Assembly (NCBI GenBank): GCA_963816355.1
Contig: CAWFKH010000005.1
Coordinates: 192,001 to 256,000, forward strand
Origin: an uncultured Gemmatimonadales bacterium
Lineage (GTDB): Bacteria; Gemmatimonadota; Gemmatimonadetes; Longimicrobiales; RSA9
Direction: 5' to 3'
Length of the DNA stretch: 64,000 bases
The position numbers were made by a program, and so were the translations under genes. Below, in pieces: positions 41,357 through 52,700 of this stretch; position 1 is the first letter of the stretch, and every line of letters begins with the position of its first letter. The notes below the pieces were generated by a model that saw only the letters and a program-made list of their open reading frames with translations, did no database searches and was not told the DNA's origin.

Positions 41357-42586
41357 TCAGCGCAGACCCCGCACCCCTTCCACCAGCCGGTCGACCTCCG
41401 CCTCCGTCGTGTAACAGGCGCAGCCCGCGCGCACGACGCCGTCCGCCTCGTGCCCGAGGCGACGCACGACCGTCGCGGCGTAGAAGTCGCCGTGCGACAG
41501 GAAGAGGGCGAGCTCCGCCAGGCGCGCGGCCACGTCGGCGGCGGGGATGCCGCTGACGACGAACGAAACCGTGGGCGTGCGTGGGCGCTCGGGCGGCGGC
41601 GGGAAGAGCGTGACGCCTTCGATCGACTCCAGCCCCTGCCACAGCCTGCGTAGCAGCGCCTCGCCGCGCGCGTGGAGCGTGGCGAACGCGGCGTCCAGGC
41701 GACGTCGCCGGTCCGCCTCGCCGGCGCCGGCGCCCGCGACCGAGGCGAGAAAGTCGACCGCGGCGGTCGCGCCGGCGATGCTCTCGTGCGCCTGCGTGCC
41801 GGTCTCGAGGCGCTCCGCGGTGCGGTTCGGTGCCGGCGCGACGCGCGGCACGTCGAGCGCCTCCACGAGCGGCAGGCGGCCCCAGAGGACGCCGAGGTGC
41901 GGGCCGTAGAACTTGTACGGTGAGCAGGCGAGGAAGTCGCAGCCGATCGAAGCGACGTCGATGCGCTCGTGCGCCGCGAGATGGACGGCGTCGACGAAGC
42001 AGAGCGCGCCGGCGTCGTGCGCGAGGGCGGCGGCGCGCTTGACGTCCGTGATGGTGCCGAGCGCGTTGGAGGCGGCGCCGATCGCGACGAGGCGGGTGCG
42101 CGGCCCGAGGGCGGCGCGCAGCGCGTCCGGCTCGAGCTCGCCCGTGGCGGGGTCGAAGGGGACGGCGCGGACGGTGGCGCCGCGCTCGGCGGCGGCCTCG
42201 CGCCACGGGTCGATGTCGGCGTGGTGGTCGAGGTCCGTGACGACGACCTCGTCGCCCGGCTCCCAGCGGCGGGCGAGCGCGCGCGAGAGGTGGAAGGTGA
42301 GCGCCGTCATGTTGGGTCCGAAGGCGATCTCCTCGGGGGCGCCGCCCAGGAAGTCGGCGAGGGCGAGGCGGCCGGCGGCGATGATGGCGTCCGTCTCGAC
42401 GCTCGTCGGATAGCGCCAGTGCGTGTTGGCGCTGTGGCGGAGCAGGTAGTCGCGCACGGCGTCGGCGACGGCGCGGGGCACCTGGGTGCCGCCGGGCGCG
42501 TCGAAGTAGGCGACGGCGCGGCCGGCGTGGCGACGGTCGAGCGCGGGGAAGCGCGCGCGGATCTCTGGCGTGGTGAGCGGTTTCAT
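41357..42586 (-). CDS. Cysteine desulfurase-like protein (class V PLP enzyme)
   Basis: YFDAPGGTQVP, ASNALGT, VDAVH, SPYKFYGPH, ETGT. Confidence 0.9.
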   Translation of the reverse strand: MKPLTTPEIRARFPALDRRHAGRAVAYFDAPGGTQVPRAVADAVRDYLLRHSANTHWRYPTSVETDAIIAAGRLALADFLGGAPEEIAFGPNMTALTFHLSRALARRWEPGDEVVVTDLDHHADIDPWREAAAERGATVRAVPFDPATGELEPDALRAALGPRTRLVAIGAASNALGTITDVKRAAALAHDAGALCFVDAVHLAAHERIDVASIGCDFLACSPYKFYGPHLGVLWGRLPLVEALDVPRVAPAPNRTAERLETGTQAHESIAGATAAVDFLASVAGAGAGEADRRRRLDAAFATLHARGEALLRRLWQGLESIEGVTLFPPPPERPRTPTVSFVVSGIPAADVAARLAELALFLSHGDFYAATVVRRLGHEADGVVRAGCACYTTEAEVDRLVEGVRGLR

Positions 42587-42731
42587 CGGCGGGAATGTGC
42601 GGCGTGGCGGGCCGGCGATCAAACGCCGATCGGCCCCGCCCCTGCCCGCGGCCGCCGGAGTTCGGCAGATTCCTTGCAGCGTCTCAGCGTTTCGCGGAGA
42701 CGATTCGGACGCAGCCCGGCACGAGCAGCAA

Positions 42732-43787
42732 GTGAAGAAGAAGCGATACGCGGTGGCGACGGGAGTGGTGGCGCTGTGCGCGCTGGCCGCGCTCGTCGCG
42801 CTGGCCGCGCTGGCCGCGCGGCTGGAGGCGAAGTCGGCGCGATCGGCGGCGTCGGCGGTGCGATCGGGGGCGCCGGGGGCCCCGGGCCCCCCGGCGACGC
42901 GGGTGCCGAACGAGATGGGGCGGATCCCGATCCTGGAGTACCATTTGTTCGGCGGCGGCGACACGCGGTGGCAGCGCGACACGGCGGCGTTCCGGGGGGA
43001 CCTGGAGCTGCTGTACGCGCGCGGCTACCGGCCGATCACGGTGTCGCAGCTCGTGAACCGGGAGATCGACCTGGCGGCGGGCCTGTCGCCGGTGGTGATC
43101 ACGTTCGACGACGCGTCGCCGTCGCAGTTCCGCTACGTGGAGCGGGGCGGGCGGCGCGTGGTCGACGCGACGAGCGCGGTCGGGATCTGGCTCGCGTTCC
43201 ACGAGCGGCGGCCGGGGTGGTCGGACCGCGCCACGTTCTGCGTGCTGCCGAACGCGGAGGCGGGGCGGAGCTTCTTCGGCAACAAGGAGATCGAGGGTCA
43301 GAAGACGGCGTGGCGCTTCGAGAAATTGCGCTTTCTCGTGGACCGGGGATTCGAGCTGTGCGACCATACACTCTGGCACGCGAACCTGGGCAAGTACCCG
43401 GACGCGGTGGTGCAGGAGCAGATCGCCCGCGCGCAGCTGGCGATCGACTCGGCGGTGCCGGGCTACCGGGTGCGCACGATGGCGCTGCCGCTCGGCGTGT
43501 TTCCGCGCAACCGGGAGCTGGCGCGGACGGGCGCGTGGCGCGACACGATCTCCGGTCGCGTGGTTCGCTACCGCTTCGACGCGATCCTGCTGGTCGCGGG
43601 GCCGCCGGCGCCGAGTCCGTACGCGCCGGGATTCGACCCGCTGCGGCTGCCCCGGGTGCAGGTGACGGGGGACGCGCTCCGCCGCACGCTGGACCGGCTC
43701 GACAGCGACGGCACGCGCTACGTTTCGGACGGCGATCCGCGCGTGGTCGCGCCCGCGCCAGCCTCCGGCGCCGCGCACGGGACCTGA
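42732..43787 (+). CDS. Polysaccharide deacetylase family protein
   Basis: N-terminal hydrophobic anchor; PNEMGRIPILEYH, VITFDD, DHTLWH, ALPLG. Confidence 0.85.
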   Translation: MKKKRYAVATGVVALCALAALVALAALAARLEAKSARSAASAVRSGAPGAPGPPATRVPNEMGRIPILEYHLFGGGDTRWQRDTAAFRGDLELLYARGYRPITVSQLVNREIDLAAGLSPVVITFDDASPSQFRYVERGGRRVVDATSAVGIWLAFHERRPGWSDRATFCVLPNAEAGRSFFGNKEIEGQKTAWRFEKLRFLVDRGFELCDHTLWHANLGKYPDAVVQEQIARAQLAIDSAVPGYRVRTMALPLGVFPRNRELARTGAWRDTISGRVVRYRFDAILLVAGPPAPSPYAPGFDPLRLPRVQVTGDALRRTLDRLDSDGTRYVSDGDPRVVAPAPASGAAHGT

Positions 43788-43803
43788 TCCGGCCGCGGTG
43801 CGG

Positions 43804-45666
43804 ATGAGGGGCGACGACGGCTCGGGCTATGCCCCGATCGGCGATTACGCGATCATCGGCGACGGGCGCTGCGCGGCGCTCGTCTCGCGGCACGGCTCCA
43901 TCGACTGGCTCTGTCTGCCGCGCTTCGACAGCGCGTCCGTGTTCGGCGCCCTGCTCGACCGCAAGCGGGGCGGCCGATTCCGCATCGCACCCACCGGCGA
44001 CTTCGAGGTGACGCGCCGCTACGTCGGGCCGACGAACGTTCTCGAGACGACGTTCGAGACGTCGGGCGGCGTGCTGCGGGTGACGGACGCGATGCCGATC
44101 CCGGAGGAGTCGGACCGCCGGCGGGAGCTGCTGCCCGATCATGAGGTGCTGCGGCGCGTCGAATGCACGGAGGGCGAGGTCGAGGTCGAGGTCGTGTTCG
44201 ACCCGCGCTTCGACTACGGCCGGCGCGCGCCGCGGCTGGAATGGCAGCCGCCGGTCGGATGGGTGGCGACGGACCAGGGCCAGATCCTGGCGCTGCATTC
44301 TGCGATCGCGCTGGCGCGCGTCGACGGCGGCGGCCTGCGCGGGCGCGCGCGCCTGAAGCAGGGGGAGCGGCGGTTCGTCTCGTTGACGGCGGAGCAGGGT
44401 CCCGCGGTGGTCGCGGCGCTCGGCGAAGACGCGGAGCGGCGGCTGCGCGGGACGCAGGACTGGTGGGCGGAGTGGGCCGGCAAGTGCAGCTACGAGGGGC
44501 CGTTCCGGGAGGAGGTCCTGCGCAGCGTGCTGCTGCTGCGGCTGCTCATCTTCTCGCCATCGGGGGCGGTGCTCGCGGCGCCGACCACGTCGCTGCCGGA
44601 GGTGGTCGGCGGCGGACGCAACTGGGACTACCGCTTCTGCTGGCTGCGCGACGGCGCCATGACGCTGCGCGCGCTCTTCGACCAGGGGATCACGGACGAG
44701 GGCGAGCAGTTCATGGGCTGGCTGCTGCACGCGACGCGGCTGACGTGGCCGAAGCTGCAGGTGCTCTACACGCTCTACGGCGGCACGCACACGAAGGAGA
44801 GGACGCTGGACCACCTGGAAGGGTACCGTGGCTCGCGGCCCGTGCGGGTCGGGAACGGCGCGCACGACCAGCTCCAGGTGGACGTCTACGGCGAGGTGCT
44901 CGCCGCGGGCCTCGACTACGTGCAGCGGGGCGGCGAGCTGGATGCCGGCGAGGCGAAGATGCTGCGCGGGCTCGGCGACACGATCTGCGAGGTGTGGACG
45001 GAGCCGGACAACGGCATCTGGGAGGAGCGGGGGCAGCGGCATCACCATACGCTGTCGAAGGCGTTCTGCTGGGTGGGGCTGGACTCGCTGCTCAAGCTGC
45101 ACGAGCTGGGGGCCGTCTCCGGCGTGCCGGTCGAGAAGTACCAGCGGCAGCGCGACGAGATCCGGCGGGCGATCGAGGAGAACGGCTGGAGCGATCGCCT
45201 GCAGTGCTACACCTCCCGCTTCGAGGGCGAGCACCTGGACGCAAGCCTGCTGCTGCTCGCGCTCTACGGCTACGAAGACGCGACGCACGAGCGCATGCGG
45301 AGCACCGCACGCCGCATCCGTGAGCGACTCGGCGTGGACGGCCTCGTCTATCGCTATCGCCACGAGGACGGCATCGGCGGCGACGAAGCCGCGTTCGGCA
45401 TCTGCAGCTTCTGGGCGGTGGACGTGCTCGCCCGGCAGGGGGAGCTGGAGGAGGCGAAGCAGGCGTTCCGCCACGTGCTTGGATACGCCAACGACGTCGG
45501 CCTCTTCTCCGAGGAGATCGATCCGGCGACCGGCGAGCTGCGGGGGAACTTCCCGCAGGCGTTCACGCACGTCGGGCTGATCAACGCGGCCAACACGATC
45601 ACGCGGGTGGAGCGGGGCGAGACCCCGACGGAGGTGGGCGCCGGGAAGCAGAAGGGGGAGCTATGA
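43804..45666 (+). CDS. Glycoside hydrolase family 15
   Basis: IGDYAIIGD, IDWLCLPRFD, AAPTTSLPE, RNWDYRFCWLRD, GLFSEE, GNFPQAFTH. Confidence 0.95.
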   Translation: MRGDDGSGYAPIGDYAIIGDGRCAALVSRHGSIDWLCLPRFDSASVFGALLDRKRGGRFRIAPTGDFEVTRRYVGPTNVLETTFETSGGVLRVTDAMPIPEESDRRRELLPDHEVLRRVECTEGEVEVEVVFDPRFDYGRRAPRLEWQPPVGWVATDQGQILALHSAIALARVDGGGLRGRARLKQGERRFVSLTAEQGPAVVAALGEDAERRLRGTQDWWAEWAGKCSYEGPFREEVLRSVLLLRLLIFSPSGAVLAAPTTSLPEVVGGGRNWDYRFCWLRDGAMTLRALFDQGITDEGEQFMGWLLHATRLTWPKLQVLYTLYGGTHTKERTLDHLEGYRGSRPVRVGNGAHDQLQVDVYGEVLAAGLDYVQRGGELDAGEAKMLRGLGDTICEVWTEPDNGIWEERGQRHHHTLSKAFCWVGLDSLLKLHELGAVSGVPVEKYQRQRDEIRRAIEENGWSDRLQCYTSRFEGEHLDASLLLLALYGYEDATHERMRSTARRIRERLGVDGLVYRYRHEDGIGGDEAAFGICSFWAVDVLARQGELEEAKQAFRHVLGYANDVGLFSEEIDPATGELRGNFPQAFTHVGLINAANTITRVERGETPTEVGAGKQKGEL

Positions 45667-46139
45667 GCTGGGGGAGCATCTTCCTGTGGGGGTTCGTCGC
45701 GACGCTCGTGCTGACCGGGATGATGATGGCGAGTCAGCAGATGGGCCTCTCGCGCATGAGCATCACGTTCGTGATCGGCTCGATCTTCACGCCCAGCCGG
45801 CGACGGGCGCACCTGATCGGCGCCGTGATCCATTTCATCGACGGTTGGGCCTTCGCGATGTTCTACGGCTTCGTCTTCGAGAGCCTCGGCTTCTCCAACG
45901 TGTGGCTGGGGGGAGCTCTAGGCCTGGTGCAGGGGCTTCTCGTCCTCGCCGCGCTCATGCCGCTGCTGCCCAGCTTCCACCCGCGCATGGCGAGCGAGCA
46001 GCAGGGGCCCTCCCTCGAGCGCGGCATCCAGCCGCCCGGGTTCCTGGCGCTCCACTACGGCCGCCGCACGCCGTTCGTGACGTTGCTCGCCCACGTGACC
46101 TACGGCGCGATCCTCGGAGGGCTCTACAAGATCCTGTAG
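45663..46139 (+). CDS. Hypothetical membrane protein
   Basis: About four TM segments; ATGA overlap with the GH15 gene. Confidence 0.8.
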   Translation: MSWGSIFLWGFVATLVLTGMMMASQQMGLSRMSITFVIGSIFTPSRRRAHLIGAVIHFIDGWAFAMFYGFVFESLGFSNVWLGGALGLVQGLLVLAALMPLLPSFHPRMASEQQGPSLERGIQPPGFLALHYGRRTPFVTLLAHVTYGAILGGLYKIL

Positions 46140-46146
46140 GCCGCCC

Positions 46147-46926
46147 TCAGGCGCCCTGCCCCGCGGTGAGCAGCAGGCCGCCGTCGACGAAGACGGAGGC
46201 GCCGGTGATGTAGCCGGCCTCGTCGGAGACGAGGAAGGCGACGACGGCGGCGACGTCGCGCGGCTCGCCCGCCCGCCCGAGCGGGATGTGCGCGACGGCG
46301 CGGCGGCGCACCTCCGGATCCTCGACCGCCTCCTCGTTCATCGGCGTGAGGATCATGCCGGGGGCGACATTGTTCACGGTGATCGCGTCGCGGGCGAGCT
46401 CGAGCGCCAGCGAGCGAGTCAGGTTACGCAGGCCGCCCTTCGCCGCGTTGTACGCGGCGCCGTTCGGGATGGGTGTCTCCTCGTGCACCGAGGTGATGTT
46501 GACGATGCGTCCGCCCCCGCCCCGCTCACGCCGGATGCGGGCGAAGCTGCGCGCACAGAGGAACGGCCCGTAGAGGTCGGTGCGCAGCCGCAGGTCCCAC
46601 GCCTCCAGAGTGAGATCGACGGCCGGCGTGCCGCTGAAGTTGACGCCTGCGCTGTTGACGAGGATCGTCGGCGGCGCCAGCGCCTCGCACGTGCGGGCGA
46701 AGATGCGGGCGACATCGTCCTCGGAGCGGACATCGGCACCGACGACGACGGCGCGGCGGCCGGCGTCCTCGACCGCGCTCCGCGTGCGGGCGGCGCCGGC
46801 GTCGTCCGTATGATAGACGACGCAGACGTCGGCGCCCTCCCGGGCGAGGCGCGCCGCGGTGGCGGCGCCGATGCCGGAGTCGGAGCCGGTGACGACCGCG
46901 ACCTGGCCGTCGAGGCGTCCCGCCAT
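46147..46926 (-). CDS. SDR oxidoreductase (glucose 1-dehydrogenase-like)
   Basis: VTGSDSGIG, NITSVHE, YNAAK, NNVAPGMILTP; TGATG overlap with the upstream lipoprotein gene. Confidence 0.9.
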   Translation of the reverse strand: MAGRLDGQVAVVTGSDSGIGAATAARLAREGADVCVVYHTDDAGAARTRSAVEDAGRRAVVVGADVRSEDDVARIFARTCEALAPPTILVNSAGVNFSGTPAVDLTLEAWDLRLRTDLYGPFLCARSFARIRRERGGGGRIVNITSVHEETPIPNGAAYNAAKGGLRNLTRSLALELARDAITVNNVAPGMILTPMNEEAVEDPEVRRRAVAHIPLGRAGEPRDVAAVVAFLVSDEAGYITGASVFVDGGLLLTAGQGA

Positions 46927-48887
46927 CAGTTGTGGTCCCCGCCGCCGGACGTCTTGGCGTTCGCCGTGTTGGAGTAGCTCGAGCAGCCGGCGCCGTTGCA
47001 CGCCTGGACGCGGTACTCGTAGTCGGTGCGGCGTTCGAGTCCGGAGTCCGTGAAGCTCTCCGTGTCGGGCGGGACGGACTCCGCGATCGACCGGAAATCG
47101 CCATGCGGGTCCCGGCGCTCGACGCGGAAGCGCGTCTCGTCGGCGCTGTTGTCGCTCCAGGTGAGGACGATCGTGCTCGAGGAGGTCGCGTTGGCCGAGA
47201 GGTTGGAGGGAGCGGCGGGCGGCTCGCTCGGCGCGGGGGCGGCGGCGACGTCGAAGGTGACGGCGATCGTCGCGGGAGAGACGCCCGCGACGGAGGAGGC
47301 GACGGTGACGGTCGCGCCGTAGCTGCCGGGCAGCAGCAGACCGGTGTGGGCGCTCAGGGTGAGGGTGGCGGGCGCCGTGGTGGCGTCCAGCGTCGCGGTG
47401 AGCCAGCCTCCGGCCAGGCCGCCGTAGTCCACGGTGGTGGTGAGCCCGTCGAGGGTGCCGGTGCCGCCGTTGTCGACCGCGACCGTCTGCGGCGCGGGGT
47501 CGGCGCCGAGCGCGGTGGCGGAGAGGGCGACTGTGGTGGCGCCGAGCGAGATGGTGGGCTGCTCCGGCGGCGGAGGCGCCGCCGCGGCGGGGGCCACGGT
47601 GAAGATGACGCTGACGGAGCGGGAGCCGCCGTCGGCGACCGGAGAGGCGACCTCGACGCTGCCGGCGTAGGTGCCGGCGTCGAGCGAGCCGGGCGTGGCG
47701 GTGATGGTCAGAGTGGCGGGCGCGAGCGGCGTCGAGAGCGAGGCGGAGAGCCAGCCGGTCGGCTCGCCGGCGGCGTAGTGCACCGCCGCGGCGAGGCCGT
47801 CGAGCGTGCCGCCGCCGGCGTTCGTGATCGCCACGCTGGTCCGCGCGAGCGCCGTCGACCCAGCGGTGTCCGAGAGCGAGACGGCCGACGTGGCGAGATG
47901 GATCGACGGCAACGCGGCGGTGGTCGCGCCGGCTTCGGCGGAGAAGGCGGAGCAGCCGGAGGGGCTGCAGGCGCGGACGCGGTAGCGGTACGCGGTCGCG
48001 GCCGTGAGCTGCGTGTCGGAGAAGGTGGTCGTGTTGGGCGGCAGCGAGTCGTTCACGGACTGAAAGGCGCCGCCGGCGGCGCTCCGCTCGAGCGCGAAGC
48101 GGGTCTCGTCGTCGCTGTTGTCGCGCCACTTCAGGTCGATGCGATCGGCGCCGACGGCGGTGGCGGCGAGGTCGGAAGGCGCGGCCGGCGGCGGCGGATC
48201 GACGACGAGGTGCGCCGCGATGCGGCCGGTGTCCGGCGACAACGGCGAGGTCACGCTCACGGTCGCGTCGTAGCTGCCGGCGGGGAGCGAGGCGGCGGTC
48301 GAGCGGAGCGTGAGGACGAGCGGCGTCGTCGTGCTGCTCAGCGCCGCGCTCAGCCAGCCGCCGGCGCCGTCGTAGTCGATGGTGAGGGCGATGCCGCTGA
48401 GCGGAGCGTCGCCGGCGGCGCTCACGTGGACGTCCTCCGATCCCGCGCTGGAGGCACCGGCGACGGCGTGGAAGTCGACGGCGGCAGGACTCACCGAGAG
48501 CCTCGAGCCGTTGACGACGACGTGCGCCGTCCCCTCGACGCCTTCCGCGCGCGCCCGGATCGTCGTGCTGCCGGGCGCGACGCCGCGGACGACGCCACTG
48601 CCGTCGACCGCCGCGAGCGCGGGGTCGTCGCTCTTCCAGGTGATCTGCCGGCCGCTGACGTCGTCTCCGGAGGCGTCCGAGAGGTGGGCGGTGAGCTGGG
48701 TCGTGGCGCCGACGTCGACGGCGGCGCTCGCGGGCTGCAGCTCGAGATGCGAGACCGGAACGACGGTAGTCACGGTGTCGGTGCAGGAGAGCAGGCCGAG
48801 CACGACGGCGAGCGCGGCGGACCGGCGCACGCCCGTGGCGGCGCGGCGGGTGCGGCGCGGGGCGCGGGGATTCGCGTGCATCTTCAC
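46926..48887 (-). CDS. Surface lipoprotein with Ig-like, BACON-like and FN3 domains
   Basis: Signal ending LLSC-TDTVT; Big_2-like domain; NxGGGTL..GWL repeats; FN3 repeats (WxDNS..ETRF..YRVxAC). Confidence 0.85.
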   Translation of the reverse strand: MKMHANPRAPRRTRRAATGVRRSAALAVVLGLLSCTDTVTTVVPVSHLELQPASAAVDVGATTQLTAHLSDASGDDVSGRQITWKSDDPALAAVDGSGVVRGVAPGSTTIRARAEGVEGTAHVVVNGSRLSVSPAAVDFHAVAGASSAGSEDVHVSAAGDAPLSGIALTIDYDGAGGWLSAALSSTTTPLVLTLRSTAASLPAGSYDATVSVTSPLSPDTGRIAAHLVVDPPPPAAPSDLAATAVGADRIDLKWRDNSDDETRFALERSAAGGAFQSVNDSLPPNTTTFSDTQLTAATAYRYRVRACSPSGCSAFSAEAGATTAALPSIHLATSAVSLSDTAGSTALARTSVAITNAGGGTLDGLAAAVHYAAGEPTGWLSASLSTPLAPATLTITATPGSLDAGTYAGSVEVASPVADGGSRSVSVIFTVAPAAAAPPPPEQPTISLGATTVALSATALGADPAPQTVAVDNGGTGTLDGLTTTVDYGGLAGGWLTATLDATTAPATLTLSAHTGLLLPGSYGATVTVASSVAGVSPATIAVTFDVAAAPAPSEPPAAPSNLSANATSSSTIVLTWSDNSADETRFRVERRDPHGDFRSIAESVPPDTESFTDSGLERRTDYEYRVQACNGAGCSSYSNTANAKTSGGGDHN

Positions 48888-48949
48888 CTCGACGGGCGGA
48901 CGGGGTCGCCTGTACGTCGAGGGCGCGAATGCATGAGCAATGCCAGGGG

Positions 48950-49195
48950 GCTCGCCTGCGGCGAGGGAAGCTCGCTGCGCGAGGGGAGCTCGCCTTCGGC
49001 GAGGGAAGCTCGCTGCGCGAGGGAAGCCCGGCTGCGCCGGGGGGCCCGCTTCGCCGGGGAAACCCGGCTGCGCGGGGGAAACCCGGCTGCGCGGGGGAAA
49101 CCCGGCTGCGCGGGGGAAACCCGGCTGCGCGGGGGAAGCCCGGCTGCGCCGGGGGAAACCCGGCTGCGCGGGGGAAGCCCGGCTGCGCCGGGGAT
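48950..49195. repeat. About 19-bp tandem repeat GGGGGAAACCCGGCTGCGC, degenerating leftward
   Basis: Several exact copies at about 49066-49190; looser GAGGGAAGCTCGCTGCGC copies at 48950-49040. Confidence 0.88.
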
Positions 49196-49255
49196 GCGGG
49201 AGCGCCGCGGCGCGGGGGCCGCGGCGCTCGGGTGGGGCGCTGGTGCTGGCGGCGG

Positions 49256-49456
49256 CTACTCGGCGGGGCGCCGGCGCCAGTGGCGGACCACGGACACGAT
49301 CAGCCAGCCGATGAAAGCCAGCGGCAGCACCGTGAACAGCAGGAAGGAAGCGATTCCGAAGACCGCTCCCAGCAGACCGGTGATCAGCTTGATCGCCATC
49401 AGGCCCGCCACGATCAGTCCGACCGCCGTCGCCGACTTCATCATCATTCCGCTCAT
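49256..49456 (-). CDS. Small membrane protein with two TM helices
   Basis: GAGGA RBS; two hydrophobic helices and a basic tail. Confidence 0.7.
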   Translation of the reverse strand: MSGMMMKSATAVGLIVAGLMAIKLITGLLGAVFGIASFLLFTVLPLAFIGWLIVSVVRHWRRRPAE

Positions 49457-49513
49457 CTCATCCTCGCGGTAACGGTTGCGTCCGATGGTCCCTACGGTCC
49501 GCGGCGCGCGGGG

Positions 49514-49660
49514 GTTTCACGGGTCGGATGCCGCCGGGTTGCACGGCCCGGACGCCGCCGCGGCTCACGGCCCGGATCCGCCGGCGCTCACGGCTCGAAG
49601 CCGCCGGGGCTCACGGCTCGAAGCCCCCGGGGCTCGCGGCCCGGATATCGCCGGGGCTCG
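49514..49660. repeat. About 23-bp imperfect tandem repeat GCTCACGGCTCGAAGCCGCCGGG
   Basis: About six degenerate copies downstream of the large lipoprotein gene. Confidence 0.75.
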
Positions 49661-49722
49661 GAGCGCCGGGACTCGCCGTCGCCGGCGAGCGCGGGTCGTC
49701 GTCCCCGCGCGGCCGCGGGCCT

Positions 49723-52700
49723 TCAGTTCACGGTCAGCGTGACGTCGACGGTCTGCGGGCTGTTCGCGACGCCGTTGGCGGCGGAGGCGACATCGAAGTG
49801 GGCGGTGTAGGTCCCGGCCGGGATCGCTCCCGTGACCACATCCACCGACAGCGTGATGTCCGCGCCGGGGTTCGCGGCGGTCGCCTGGAGGGTCGGCGTG
49901 AGCCAGCCGGCCGCGGCCGGCTGGTCGTACGTCACCGCCGACAGCGAGAGGTTGTCGAGCGTGCTGCCGCCGCCGTTCGTGACCGTGATCGTCTGGTCGG
50001 CGGGGTTCGCCCCGGCGCTCGTCGTGAACGCCGGCGCCGCGTCCGAGATCGCGATCACCGGAGAGGCCGTCACGGTGAAGGTGACCGCCACCGGCTGCGG
50101 GCTGTTCGTGACGCCGGGATCCGCGGACACCACCGGCACGGTCGCGGTGTAGGTCCCGGCCGGCAGCGCGCCGGTGCTCGGCGTCAGCGTCAGGTCGGTC
50201 GGCGCCGAGGCGCCTACGGCCGCGAGCAGCCAACCCGTGGGCTGCGAGGCGCCGTAGCTGATCACGCCCACGCTCAGGTTGTCGAGGCTGCCGGTGCCGG
50301 AGTTCGTCACGGCGATCGTCTGCGGCGTCGGGTCCGCACCGGTCTCGACGGCGCCGAAGCCCGCGGTCGACGACGCGAGCGCGATGGTCGGCGCGGGCGC
50401 GGCATTCACGGTCAGCGTGACGTCGACGGTCTGCGGGCTGTTCGCGACGCCGTTGGCGGCGGAGGCGACATCGAAGTGGGCGGTGTAGGTCCCGGCCGGG
50501 ATCGCTCCCGTGACCACGTCCACCGACAGCGTGATGTCCGCGCCGGGATTCGCGGCGGTCGCCTGGAGGGTCGGCGTGAGCCAGCCGGCCGCGGCCGGCT
50601 GGTCGTACGTCACCGCCGACAGCGAGAGGTTGTCGAGCGTGCTGCCGCCGCCGTTCGTGACCGTGATCGTCTGGTCGGCGGGGTTCGCCCCGGCGCTCGT
50701 CGTGAACGCCGGCGCCGCGTCCGAGATCGCGATCACCGGAGAGGCCGTCACGGTGAAGGTGACCGCCACCGGCTGCGGGCTGTTCGTGACGCCGGGATCC
50801 GCGGACACCACCGGCACGGTCGCGGTGTAGGTCCCGGCCGGCAGCGCGCCGGTGCTCGGCGTCAGCGTCAGGTCGGTCGGCGCCGAGGCGCCTACGGCCG
50901 CGAGCAGCCAACCCGTGGGCTGCGAGGCGCCGTAGCTGATCACGCCCACGCTCAGGTTGTCGAGGCTGCCGGTGCCGGAGTTCGTCACGGCGATCGTCTG
51001 CGGCGTCGGGTCCGCACCGGTCTCGACGGCGCCGAAGCCTGCGGTCGACGACGCGAGCGCGATGCTCGGCGCGGGCGCGGCATTCACGGTCAGCGTGACG
51101 TCGACGGTCTGCGGGCTGTTCGTGACGCCGTCGGCGGCGGAGGCGACGGGCACCGCCGCGTGATAGGTCCCGGCCGCGAGCCCCATGATGTTCGGCGTCA
51201 GCGTGACGTTCGTGGGAGCCGTGGATCCGACCGCCGCATCGAGCCAGCCGGTCGGCTCGCTGGCGCCATACGTGATCGTCCCCACGCTCAGCTTGTCGAG
51301 CGTGCTACCGCCGCTGTTTGTGACGGGGATGCCCTGCGGGGGCGGATTGGCGCCGCCGGCCGTCGCACTGAACGTCGCCGTCGCGGCACCGAGCGCGATC
51401 ACCGGGGGCGCGGAAAGCGTCAGCGTCACGGCCAACGTCTGCGGGCTGTTGGTGACGCCGGTCGCGGAGGAGAAAACCTGCAGCGACGCGTGGTAGGTGA
51501 CGCCGGCGGCGAGCGGGGCTGAGGCGCTGGCCTGCGTGACGCCGAGCGTGATCGTGGTGGGCGCGGTGCCCGCGGCGAGCGTCGTCTTGGTGAGCCAGCC
51601 GGTCGGCTCGCCCGGCGGGTACGTCGTCGCGCTGATGGTGAGGCCGTCCAGCGTCGGACTCAGCGGCGTGCCGTTGGTGACGCTCACCGGAATGTCGGCC
51701 GGGTCCGCGCCGCCCAGCACAGCCGTGAACGCGGCCGGGTTCGGGCTCAGCGCGATGGAGGGCGGCGGCTGCGTCACGGTGAGCGTGACATCGAGCGTCT
51801 GCGGACTGTTCGTGACGCCCACCGCGCTCGACTGCACGGGGACGTGCGCGTGGTACGTCCCGGCGCCGAGCGCGGCGATGTTCGCGTGCAGCGTGATCGT
51901 CGCGGGCGCGGTCGTCCCGGGGAGGTTGGCGGAGAGCCAGCCCGCGGTCTCGCCGGCGTCGAACGCGATGGTGCCGAGGCTGAGCCCATCGAGCACGCTG
52001 CCGAAGCCGGCGGAGTTGGTGACGTCCACGACGACGTCGGCCGGGTTCGCGGCGCCGAGCGTGGCGCTGAACGTCGCCGGATTCGGGGCGAGCGCGATCG
52101 TGGGCGGCGGTGCGGCGACGGCGAAGGTGACGCGGATCGGCTGGGGGCTGTTCGTGACGCCGGTCGCGGTCGAGGCGACGTTCACGGTGGCGCCGTAGGT
52201 GCCCGGATCGAGCGTGGCGGCGCTGGCGGAGAGCGTGACGGTCGCGGGCGCCGTCGTCGGGCCGATCGGCGCGGCGAGCCAGCCGGTGGGCTGCGCGGCG
52301 TCGTAGACGATGCTCGTGCTCAGGTTGTCGAGCGTGCCGACGCCGGCGTTGGTCACGGCGACGGTCCGGGTCGCGGGGTCGGGCTGGCCTTTGGTCACGG
52401 TGAAGTCGATCGCCGTCGGGTCGATGGCGATCGTCGGCGCGGCGGGCGCGACCTGGAACGTGACGTTCAGCGCCGCCGGGCTGTTCGTGACGTTCGGCGC
52501 GGTGGAGAACACCTGGACGGACGCGTGATAGGTCCCGGGTGAGAGCGCGCCGGTCACCGGGCTGAAGGTGACAGTCGTCGGCGCGGTGCCGGCGCCGAGG
52601 ACCGGGGCGGGCAGCCAGCCGGTCGGTTCGCCGCCCGCGTAGCTCACGGGGCCGACGGAGAGGCCGCTCAGCGAGCCGCCGCCGGAGTTCGTCACGCTCG

